A model generated the notes under the pieces. The model saw only the letters and a list, made by a program, of their open reading frames with translations. It did no database searches and was not told where the DNA came from. From Geopsychrobacteraceae bacterium (GTDB taxonomy: Bacteria > Desulfobacterota > Desulfuromonadia > Desulfuromonadales > Geopsychrobacteraceae), in the NCBI GenBank assembly GCA_963662315.1, contig OY759353.1, forward strand, positions 96,001 to 160,000: a stretch of 64,000 bases of DNA, read 5' to 3'. Positions 44,034 to 52,031 of this stretch are shown piece by piece (within the stretch, counting starts at the first letter, position 1; each line of letters starts with the position of its first letter). Made by a program: the position numbers and the translations under genes.

Positions 44034-44804
44034 ATGGTTATTACGCCAATAACAAAATTGCATATCTGGCTACGGCTCCTGTTGCTTCAGTCCAGCTGGA
44101 ACTATGAAAGGCATCAGGGCCTGGGTTTTTTTTATGCATTGTTGCCTGGGCTTAAAAAATTATACAGCGGGCAGCAGTTGCTCGACGTATCTCGCCGTTA
44201 TGTTGGTTATTTCAATACTCATCCGTACCTGACTCCGTTAGTAGCAGGGGCGGTGTTAAGGCTTGAAGAAGAATTGGCAAAGGGGAATACCCCGCCGGTT
44301 GATGTTGATGATTTTAAAGAAATTGTCGCAGCGCCTTACGCGGCTATAGGTGATGCTTTGTTTTGGGGGGGGATGCGACCTCTGGCCGCTGGCATCGGAT
44401 TGTTCTTTGCTATAAAAGGGTTGCTGTGGACCCCTTTGGTATTTTTAGCCTTCTTCAATGTTGTGCCCCTCTGGTTTCGTGGTGTTTTTTTTCTGCGAGG
44501 TTATCGCCAGGGTTTGAAATCCGTTGAATTTATTCAGCAGAATCGCTTGCCCGATTGGGCGGTTCATACGAAAGAAACTGCGATTATCATTCTTGGTGGC
44601 CTGAGTGCTTTCATGGTTTTTGCTCACGTCAACCATCACGGTCTTACGGAATGGTTCGGTTTTTTTACGATCATTCCTGTGGCGGCGCTGAGCTACGTCG
44701 CTCGCAAAGGGATATCCGCTTCCTGGCTGATCTCGATTGTTACACTGGTGATTTTATTACTTGGATTATTTTGGGTCGATCTGACTCAATTGTTAAACGT
44801 TTAG
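44034..44804 (+). CDS. PTS mannose-family IID
   Basis: QSSWNYERHQGLGF, FNTHP, AAIGDALFW; ATG 44034. Confidence 0.9.
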   Translation: MVITPITKLHIWLRLLLLQSSWNYERHQGLGFFYALLPGLKKLYSGQQLLDVSRRYVGYFNTHPYLTPLVAGAVLRLEEELAKGNTPPVDVDDFKEIVAAPYAAIGDALFWGGMRPLAAGIGLFFAIKGLLWTPLVFLAFFNVVPLWFRGVFFLRGYRQGLKSVEFIQQNRLPDWAVHTKETAIIILGGLSAFMVFAHVNHHGLTEWFGFFTIIPVAALSYVARKGISASWLISIVTLVILLLGLFWVDLTQLLNV

Positions 44805-44812
44805 AGGATAGA

Positions 44813-45079
44813 ATGCAAAGTCGGAACTTTACAATAAAGAACAGGCTCGGGTTGCATGCGAGGGCAGCGGCTCAGCTGGTGCAGACCGCAAATAAATTTA
44901 CTTCAGAAGTTGTCCTGAAAAAGGACGATGTTGAAGTTAACGGGAAAAGTATTATGGGAATTTTGCTCCTGGCTGCGCCGCAGGGAACTGATATCAGTGT
45001 TGATGTCAGTGGTGCAGATGAGGATTTGGCGATGATAACAATTGCGGATTTGATTGAGGACGGATTTGGGGAAGATTAA
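44813..45079 (+). CDS. ptsH: phosphocarrier protein HPr
   Basis: GLHARAAA (His15) and GKSIMG (Ser46); GAGG RBS. Confidence 0.96.
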   Translation: MQSRNFTIKNRLGLHARAAAQLVQTANKFTSEVVLKKDDVEVNGKSIMGILLLAAPQGTDISVDVSGADEDLAMITIADLIEDGFGED

Positions 45080-46841
45080 GGTAGAACCGGATACATATCT
45101 CGTAGGTATCGGTGTTTCTCCGGGGATTGGTATTGGTGAGGTTTTTCTTCTCGACCAACGCCCGGTCGTAGATCATGAAACCATCGAAGCCGATGAGGTC
45201 GCTGCAGAACTGGAGCGTTTTCATCAGGCCGTTAAACTGGCAAAAGAACAGCTGCAGGCGATCAAGCAGACGGTCTCCAATCAGGACCATTTGCAGGAGC
45301 ACCTGTATATCCTCGATACCCACCTGCTGATTCTTGATGATGATATGCTCATCAAGGGAACGGAAAAAGCCATTCGGGATCAGCTCTGCGCGGTTTCCGC
45401 TTTGTCTTACATTTTAGAGAAACTGCGCAACCTGTTTAATGAAATTGAGGACGAGTATCTGCGTGAGCGTCGTTCTGATGTCGATGCTGTCGGTGAACGG
45501 CTGATCCGCATTCTGACCGGAGCCAGTGAGCGTTCAGTGACGATGGTTGAACACCAGTCAGTGATTGTCGCTCATGATTTGTCCCCTGCGGAAACCATGC
45601 AGCTTGACCGTTCGCAGATTCTCGGTTTTCTGACTAATAAGGGGGGGCGGACTTCTCACACAGCAATCCTGGCGCGTTCACTTGATATCCCTGCCGTCGT
45701 CGGGCTTGAAAACGTCACTCAGCTGGTCAATGATCGCATGTCGATCATTATTGATGGGTCCACCGGCGTAGTTGTCCTGAACCCGACGCATAATACTCTG
45801 GAGGAGTATCGCCAGCGTAAAAGGACCTATGAGCTTCTTGAACGGGATCTGGAGCGGTACCGTGACCTGCCGACACTGACAACCGATCGAATCCGAATAG
45901 CATTGCGTGGAAATATAGAGTTGCCATCCGAGCTGGAACTGGTCATAAAGCACGGTGCTGAAGGAATAGGCTTGTTCCGGACCGAATTTCTTTATTTGGG
46001 GCGTAGCACACCTCCTTCAGAAGAGGAACAATTCGAGGTTTACAGCAAGGTCATTAAAGCCTTCCCTCATCACCCGGTAACCCTGAGAACCCTTGATATC
46101 GGTGGCGATAAATTTGTTCCTGAGCTGAACTTGGCCGAAGAAGATAATCCCGCCATGGGGTTGCGCGCTATTCGCTTTTCGCTGCGCGAGCTGACCCTGT
46201 TCCGCCAGCAACTGCGGGCTATGCTCAGGGCTTCCTGTTTTGGGCAGTGTCGTATCATGTTTCCCATGATCAGCGGTGTAGCCGAAATTCGTGCCTGTAA
46301 ACGCGTGCTGCACGATGTTGCCGAAGAATTGGATCAGGAGGGGATCGCGTATCATTCTGATATCAAGATAGGTATCATGATTGAAACCCCGTCCGCAGTG
46401 TTGATCGCTCCACTGCTGGCCAAGGAAGTCGATTTCTTTTCCATTGGCACCAATGATCTGATTCAGTACTGTTTGGCGGTTGATCGTGGCAATGAGTATG
46501 TCGCCTATCTCTATGATCCTCTGCACCCTGCTGTGTTAAGGGCTCTGCAGCTGACCTGCGATGCGGCAAATAATGCCGGTATTGAGGTATCCATGTGTGG
46601 TGAAATGGCCGGAGATCCTCTTTATGCCATGGTGCTGGCGGGATTTGGTTTCCATGAATTATCGATGAATCCGGTCTGTGTGCCACGCGTTAAGAGAGTG
46701 ATGAGGCATATTTCAAAAAGCGATGGCAAACGTTTTATTGAAGGTCTGCTGACCTTGTCGACCTGTAAGGAAATTTCCGGAATGATTGATGATGAAATGC
46801 GCAAACGGCTCCCGGAAATTTTTGCTCAGCCGATCATCTGA
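45066..46841 (+). CDS. ptsI: PEP-protein phosphotransferase (Enzyme I)
   Basis: GGRTSHTAI, GLFRTEF, IGTNDL, CGEMAG; TTG 45066 follows GAGGA. Confidence 0.96.
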   Translation: MGKIKVEPDTYLVGIGVSPGIGIGEVFLLDQRPVVDHETIEADEVAAELERFHQAVKLAKEQLQAIKQTVSNQDHLQEHLYILDTHLLILDDDMLIKGTEKAIRDQLCAVSALSYILEKLRNLFNEIEDEYLRERRSDVDAVGERLIRILTGASERSVTMVEHQSVIVAHDLSPAETMQLDRSQILGFLTNKGGRTSHTAILARSLDIPAVVGLENVTQLVNDRMSIIIDGSTGVVVLNPTHNTLEEYRQRKRTYELLERDLERYRDLPTLTTDRIRIALRGNIELPSELELVIKHGAEGIGLFRTEFLYLGRSTPPSEEEQFEVYSKVIKAFPHHPVTLRTLDIGGDKFVPELNLAEEDNPAMGLRAIRFSLRELTLFRQQLRAMLRASCFGQCRIMFPMISGVAEIRACKRVLHDVAEELDQEGIAYHSDIKIGIMIETPSAVLIAPLLAKEVDFFSIGTNDLIQYCLAVDRGNEYVAYLYDPLHPAVLRALQLTCDAANNAGIEVSMCGEMAGDPLYAMVLAGFGFHELSMNPVCVPRVKRVMRHISKSDGKRFIEGLLTLSTCKEISGMIDDEMRKRLPEIFAQPII

Positions 46842-46902
46842 TGCCGCTTTGCCAGTTGGGGGTGTATGAGACCTGTTTTCGGATAGAAATCCGTAAAAGA
46901 GA

Positions 46903-46931
46903 TTGACTAGGTGCTGTTAGGCAAATAGAAT
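46903..46931 (+). promoter_or_regulatory. sigma70-type promoter for metK
   Basis: TTGACT-N17-TAGAAT. Confidence 0.7.
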
Positions 46932-46978
46932 CACCCGTTTGTTAACGTTCAAATAACTCGTTATGGAGGACTTTTATC

Positions 46979-48148
46979 ATGGCCATGACCGATTTTTTAT
47001 TTACTTCTGAATCCGTAAGTGAGGGGCACCCTGATAAGGTTGCGGATCAGATTTCAGATGCCGTACTTGATGCGATTCTTGGACAGGATCCGACGGCACG
47101 TGTTGCCTGCGAGACCCTGGTAACCACCGGTATGGCCTTTATCGCCGGCGAGATTACTACCACCGCTTATGCTGATTTGCCGGCGATTGTACGTAACACC
47201 ATCAAGGATATCGGTTATTGTGATTCTGCTATGGGGTTTGATTACAATACATGCGCAGTTATGACCTCTATTGATCAGCAGTCTCCCGATATCTCCCAGG
47301 GGGTTACTGCCGGAGAGGGGATGTTTAAAGAACAAGGGGCCGGAGACCAGGGATTGATGTTTGGTTTCGCCTGTGATGAGACCCCTGAACTGATGCCGAT
47401 GCCGATCACTTTTGCACATCGTCTGACCAAGCGTCTGGCCGATGTGCGAAAAAGTGGCCAGCTGAGCTTTCTGCGCCCGGATAGCAAGTCGCAGGTCTCA
47501 ATCCAGTATATTGATGACAAGCCAACTCGTATTGATACGATAGTTATTTCTTCTCAGCATACGCCTGAAGTCAGTTATGACGTATTGAAAGAGGCCATTA
47601 TTGAAGAAGTTATCAAAGCGACCATGCCTGCTGAGTTGCTTGATGATAAAACCCGCTTCCTGATCAACCCAACGGGCCGTTTTGTTGTTGGTGGACCGAT
47701 GGGGGACTGTGGCTTGACCGGTCGGAAAATCATTGTTGATACCTACGGTGGACAAGGTTCTCATGGCGGTGGCGCATTCAGTGGTAAAGACCCCTCAAAA
47801 GTTGACCGTAGCGCTTCTTACATGGCTCGTTACGTAGCCAAAAACCTTGTTGCCGCAGGACTGGCTACCAAATGTGAGGTTCAGGTTGCCTATGCCATCG
47901 GCGTTGCCGATCCGGTTTCCATTATGATCAATACCTTCGGTACCGGTGTGATTCCATCCAACCGTATTGCTGAAATCGTACGTGAAGAGTTCGATATGCG
48001 GCCTTCCGCTATTATTGAGCAACTTGACCTGCTCAAGCCGATCTATCGTCAGACCGCAGCCTATGGCCATTTTGGTCGTGAATTGCCGGGCTTTACCTGG
48101 GAAGTGACCGATCGGGTTGATTCTCTGCGTGAAAGAGCTGGCCTTTAA
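46979..48148 (+). CDS. metK: S-adenosylmethionine synthetase
   Basis: [28 protein letters not shown]. Confidence 0.99.
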   Translation: MAMTDFLFTSESVSEGHPDKVADQISDAVLDAILGQDPTARVACETLVTTGMAFIAGEITTTAYADLPAIVRNTIKDIGYCDSAMGFDYNTCAVMTSIDQQSPDISQGVTAGEGMFKEQGAGDQGLMFGFACDETPELMPMPITFAHRLTKRLADVRKSGQLSFLRPDSKSQVSIQYIDDKPTRIDTIVISSQHTPEVSYDVLKEAIIEEVIKATMPAELLDDKTRFLINPTGRFVVGGPMGDCGLTGRKIIVDTYGGQGSHGGGAFSGKDPSKVDRSASYMARYVAKNLVAAGLATKCEVQVAYAIGVADPVSIMINTFGTGVIPSNRIAEIVREEFDMRPSAIIEQLDLLKPIYRQTAAYGHFGRELPGFTWEVTDRVDSLRERAGL

Positions 48149-48152
48149 AACG

Positions 48153-48190
48153 AAAACGCCGGGTTGCTTCTATAGCAACCCGGCGTTTTT
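48153..48190. terminator. bidirectional terminator between metK and aguB
   Basis: AAAACGCCGGGTTGCT-TCTAT-AGCAACCCGGCGTTTT. Confidence 0.88.
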
Positions 48191-48200
48191 ATTGCGTTGT

Positions 48201-49085
48201 TTAATCTCTAAATCGCTTAGTTATGTCTTGATAGGCATCAATGCGCCGATCTCTTAAAAACGGCCAGATGCGCCGCGTTTTTTCCGCCTGGCCTAAATTC
48301 AAAGTAAGCACAATTTCTGTTTCTTCACTTGAGCCTGCCTGGGCGAGTACCTCACCCTGTGGGTCGGCAATAAAACTGTTGCCCCAAAACTGAGCTCCGG
48401 CGGTCTGGTGGCTCGGGTCAGGTTCATAACCAACCCGGTTGATAGCAAGAACCGGGAGCCCGTTGGCGATGGCATGACTGCGCTGGATGGTGATCCAGGC
48501 GTCTTGCTGGCGTTGCTGCTCTTTCTGAGTATCCGCAGGATCAAAACCGATAGCCGTTGGATAGATAAGAATATCGGCACCGGCCAGGGCCATCAGTCGT
48601 GCTGCTTCCGGGTACCATTGATCCCAGCAGACCAGCACTCCCAGAGTGCCCAGCGAGGTTTTTACCGGCTCAAAACCAAGATCTCCTGGGGTGAAATAGA
48701 ACTTTTCATAATATCCGGGATCGTCCGGAATATGCATCTTCCGATAAATACCGGCAACCGAACCATCCTTTTCAAGCACAACTGCAGTATTGTGATAAAG
48801 ACCTGGAGCTCTTTTCTCAAACAGAGAGAGAATCAGCACGATCCCGAGTTCCCTGGCCAATTGACCAAACTGTTCTGTTGCCGGCCCTGGAATCGGTTCC
48901 GCCTGGTCACATAAATCAGGGTTCTCGGTCTGGCAGAAATAAAGGCCGCAGTGCAGTTCCTGCAGGGCGATCAGTTGTGCTCCGCGGGCGGCTGCACGTC
49001 TTATCGCGGCACAACTTTTTTCGATATTGGCAGCCCGATCGACGCTACAGCTCTGTTGCACAATACCTACGGTCAGTTCCTTCAT
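48201..49085 (-). CDS. aguB: N-carbamoylputrescine amidase (carbon-nitrogen hydrolase)
   Basis: QELH, RKMHIPDDPGYYEKFYF, VCWDQWYPE; next to aguA. Confidence 0.88.
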   Translation of the reverse strand: MKELTVGIVQQSCSVDRAANIEKSCAAIRRAAARGAQLIALQELHCGLYFCQTENPDLCDQAEPIPGPATEQFGQLARELGIVLILSLFEKRAPGLYHNTAVVLEKDGSVAGIYRKMHIPDDPGYYEKFYFTPGDLGFEPVKTSLGTLGVLVCWDQWYPEAARLMALAGADILIYPTAIGFDPADTQKEQQRQQDAWITIQRSHAIANGLPVLAINRVGYEPDPSHQTAGAQFWGNSFIADPQGEVLAQAGSSEETEIVLTLNLGQAEKTRRIWPFLRDRRIDAYQDITKRFRD

Positions 49086-50119
49086 GGTAAGACTCCTTGA
49101 GGGATTTGCATGGTGATGCAGTGGAGCGATCCATGCTGTTTGATCAAAGGGCGGCAGTCTATCCCTATGATTTTACGCTCTGGGTAGGCTGCCGCGATAG
49201 CGGCGAGAGCATTTTTATCGGCCGGGTCATTATAGGTGGGCACCAGAACCGCTCCGTTGGTCACCAGGTAGTTTGCATAGGTTGCCGGTAACCGGTCTTC
49301 ACCTTCAAAACAGGGCTGTGGCCATGGCAGGGGTAGCAACCTGTAGGGCTTCCCCTCTCGGTTTGTGAACGTCTGCAACTGCTTCTTCATACGCTGCAGG
49401 GCCGGATAATGCTCGTCCTCAGGAGTAGTACATTCAACATAGACAATGGTGTTGTTCGGGCACAATCGGGCCAGGGTGTCGATATGTGAGTCGGTATCAT
49501 CGCCAGCCAGATAGCCATGATCAAGCCACAGGATGTGATCACAACCCAAGTCACGGCGCAGAAGATCAGTAAGATCTTGCTGTGAAAGATGGGGATTGCG
49601 ATTAGGATTAAGTAGGCACTCACTGGTGGTTAACAAGGTCCCGTTCCCGTCACTTTCAATACTCCCTCCTTCAAGGATCAGGCCTTTTGTCTGCATTGGG
49701 GTTGTACCAAAGACGCCGGCAGCATGCAGTTTCTTGCTGATTTGATTATCATGATCTGCTGCAAATTTAAGCCCCCAGCCATTAAAGCCAAAGTCAAGCA
49801 GCGTCGGTTTTTGCTCTACCTCAATAGTTATAGGTCCAAAGTCCCGCGCCCAGGTGTCGTTGGTTGGGATATTGAAAAGATGAATGTTTTCAGTCCCAAT
49901 GGATGCGTCCGATAGCTTTTGTCTGACTTGTTCTGGTTCCGGTGTGACAATAATAACGCGGGTCCAGTTGACCAGCTCCCTGGTCAGTGCACAATAGGTA
50001 GCATCGACTTCGGGCAATAAATCGGCCCAGTCCGTAGCGCTGTGGGGCCAGGCCAGTATGACAGCGTCCTGTGGTTCCCATTCTGCAGGCAGACGAAGGG
50101 AGGAAGTTGTTTTTATCAT
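49082..50119 (-). CDS. aguA: agmatine deiminase family protein
   Basis: PAEWE, DTWARD, LEGGSIE, DTDSHID, GSLHCITMQ. Confidence 0.9.
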   Translation of the reverse strand: MIKTTSSLRLPAEWEPQDAVILAWPHSATDWADLLPEVDATYCALTRELVNWTRVIIVTPEPEQVRQKLSDASIGTENIHLFNIPTNDTWARDFGPITIEVEQKPTLLDFGFNGWGLKFAADHDNQISKKLHAAGVFGTTPMQTKGLILEGGSIESDGNGTLLTTSECLLNPNRNPHLSQQDLTDLLRRDLGCDHILWLDHGYLAGDDTDSHIDTLARLCPNNTIVYVECTTPEDEHYPALQRMKKQLQTFTNREGKPYRLLPLPWPQPCFEGEDRLPATYANYLVTNGAVLVPTYNDPADKNALAAIAAAYPERKIIGIDCRPLIKQHGSLHCITMQIPQGVLP

Positions 50120-50175
50120 GATCAAAAATCCTTATAGCAGCTCATCTGGTGAACGTGTGGTTAAACAGTAACAGG

Positions 50176-50742
50176 TTATGGGAAAAGAGTGTGCTCAAGT
50201 AATATTTTGACGCCAATGCCGATCAGCAGTAACCCGCCGAACACCTCCACTCTGGTCCCCCATGCGGCACCAAGTCGGCGTCCTAGTAACATACCCGCCA
50301 GGGTCAGAACACAGGCTGTAAGTCCAATCACTATGGCTGGGGTCCAGATAACAATCCCCAGTAAGGCCAGACTCAGTCCGATAGCCAAAGCGTCAATGCT
50401 GGTGGCGATGCTTAACATGACCAGGGATATGCCGCGCGTGGGGTCTCCGCTCGCTTCATTGTTTTCATCATGTGTCAAGGCATCTTTCAACATTTTTGCT
50501 CCAACACAAAAAAGCAGGGTAAAGGCCACCCAGTGATCAAACGCTTCAATTTTCTCTCGCAGGCCGATTCCCGCAAGCCAGCCTAGAATTGGCATAAGGG
50601 CCTGAAACAGACCAAAGTGAAAACCAAAGCGAAACAGGTGCCTTCCGGTCAGTTTGGGTAGTGTAAGTCCTGCGGCTAATGCTACGGCAAACGCATCCAT
50701 CGCCAGTGCCACGGCTATGCCTGCAAGAGCTGTAAGGTCCAT
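50176..50742 (-). CDS. mntP: manganese efflux pump MntP family
   Basis: ALAMDAFAV, FGLFQALMP, ATSIDALAIG. Confidence 0.92.
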   Translation of the reverse strand: MDLTALAGIAVALAMDAFAVALAAGLTLPKLTGRHLFRFGFHFGLFQALMPILGWLAGIGLREKIEAFDHWVAFTLLFCVGAKMLKDALTHDENNEASGDPTRGISLVMLSIATSIDALAIGLSLALLGIVIWTPAIVIGLTACVLTLAGMLLGRRLGAAWGTRVEVFGGLLLIGIGVKILLEHTLFP

Positions 50743-50783
50743 ACTTAAGTCCTTTTAGTTTGCTGGCCTGTTTGGATCATAAT

Positions 50784-50814
50784 TATCCGTATCCGTATCC
50801 GTATCCGTATCCGT
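50784..50814. repeat. tandem hexamer repeat (TATCCG)5T
   Basis: Five perfect copies read directly from the sequence. Confidence 0.97.
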
Positions 50815-51325
50815 TGCCAGCATGTTGCCGGATAATATCTGAAAAGTGGCATTATATAGCATGGGTAAACAGGTTTTGTCATCTGACCTAGAGTTTGTTT
50901 CGTAAATTTGTTCATGCAATTTTTTATGCTCACTTTTTTAACAAGCTCTGGCATATGAACGACTTTTTGCGGATGTGATCAGCTTCAATTGCTTTGAATT
51001 TGACACGACTTGGACTGTAGCAACATTGTTAGCAGGGATTGCCGCGATGTTACTCATTCTTCTGAGGGGGGACTGATCTTCAACCGCTTGAGGTGGGCTC
51101 CTAAGGTTGTGGTGAAAAAACAATAGACGAAGAAAAGCATCAAGGGGGGCAGTTTACCGGCGGTGTTTTTTGTCCTCAGCATCATCTTCAATTTATTCGT
51201 GAAGCGCTCGAGCGCCTGGATAGGCAGGGACTGGGGGGATGAGTAGCCATGGCATAACGGAAGAAGATGCTGCTATTGTCCTGGTTGCTGCGGTAGTTTT
51301 GCGATTTGCTGATTGTTAAAAATGG

Positions 51326-51372
51326 TACGGGCAAAGGAACTTGAAGCATGCTTTCAGTCCTCTTTGCCCGTA
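51326..51372 (-). terminator. terminator-like hairpin after the cyclophilin gene
   Basis: TACGGGCAAAG...CTTTGCCCGTA inverted repeat; T-run follows on the minus strand. Confidence 0.6.
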
Positions 51373-51382
51373 ACTCTGATAA

Positions 51383-51892
51383 TTACTCGTCGACGGTGAC
51401 CTTCTCGATCAGGATAAGCTCTTTCGGAACGTCCTGATGATGCATATGCATGCCAGTTGGAACTTTGGCAATCTCATCGACAATCTCCATTCCTTCAGTG
51501 ACCTGGCCAAACACAGCATAACCATATTGATTTGGACTGGTGCCCTGGTGATCAAGGAAGTTGTTGTCAACCAGGTTGATAAAGAATTGGCATGTTGCAC
51601 TGTCAACCACCTGGGTGCGTGCCATGGCAATCGAACCTCGAACGTTTTTTAGACCGTTAGATGCTTCATTTTTAATTTGGCCACTTGGTTTCTTTTGTGC
51701 CATCTCTGCGGTGAATCCACCCCCCTGGATCATAAAGTTGGGAATAACCCGGTGGAAGATAGTCTGCTCATAAAAACCGTCTCGTGCATAAGACAAAAAG
51801 TTCTCAGTGCTAATTGGGGCTTTTTCCGCATCAAGCTCAATAACAATGGTTCCTTTGTTGGTTTGCACGCGTACGGTTGGTTGGGTGCTCAT
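51383..51892 (-). CDS. cyclophilin-type peptidyl-prolyl isomerase (PpiB-like)
   Basis: FHRVIPNFMIQGGG, AMART, QFFIN, YAVFG; AAGGAG RBS. Confidence 0.95.
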   Translation of the reverse strand: MSTQPTVRVQTNKGTIVIELDAEKAPISTENFLSYARDGFYEQTIFHRVIPNFMIQGGGFTAEMAQKKPSGQIKNEASNGLKNVRGSIAMARTQVVDSATCQFFINLVDNNFLDHQGTSPNQYGYAVFGQVTEGMEIVDEIAKVPTGMHMHHQDVPKELILIEKVTVDE

Positions 51893-51966
51893 GTTAGACT
51901 CCTTATTATTTCTCAATGAAAGTAACGTCATTGACCATAATCAGCAGGTGATTAGGGCAGATAGCA

Positions 51967-51997
51967 AGTAGCCATCCAGAATTTCCGGATGGCTACT
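51967..51997 (-). terminator. hairpin 3' of the GGDEF/EAL gene
   Basis: AGTAGCCATCC...GGATGGCTACT 11-bp inverted repeat. Confidence 0.6.
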
Positions 51998-52031
51998 AGT
52001 TGCCTATAATGCCGTGATCCGGCTTTTAAAT

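Noticed and set aside
46842..46978. SAM riboswitch ahead of metK
   Set aside because: The promoter position leaves only about 40 nt of leader and no aptamer motif is seen.
50784..50814. Repeat considered as a CRISPR array
   Set aside because: Simple hexamer tandem repeat with no spacers and no cas genes.
50745..50954. 69-aa ORF containing RIRIRIRIRI
   Set aside because: An alternative reading of the hexamer repeat that spans the predicted mntP promoter; no independent support.
51105..51242. Open stretch GCGEKTIDEEKHQGGQFTGGVFCPQHHLQFIREALERLDRQGLGG*
   Set aside because: No in-frame start codon after the upstream stop and no family recognised; at best a remnant.
51232..51250. GGGGGATGAGTAGC resembling the yybP-ykoY core
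   Set aside because: Wrong strand, about 500 nt from mntP, and the rest of the motif is absent.
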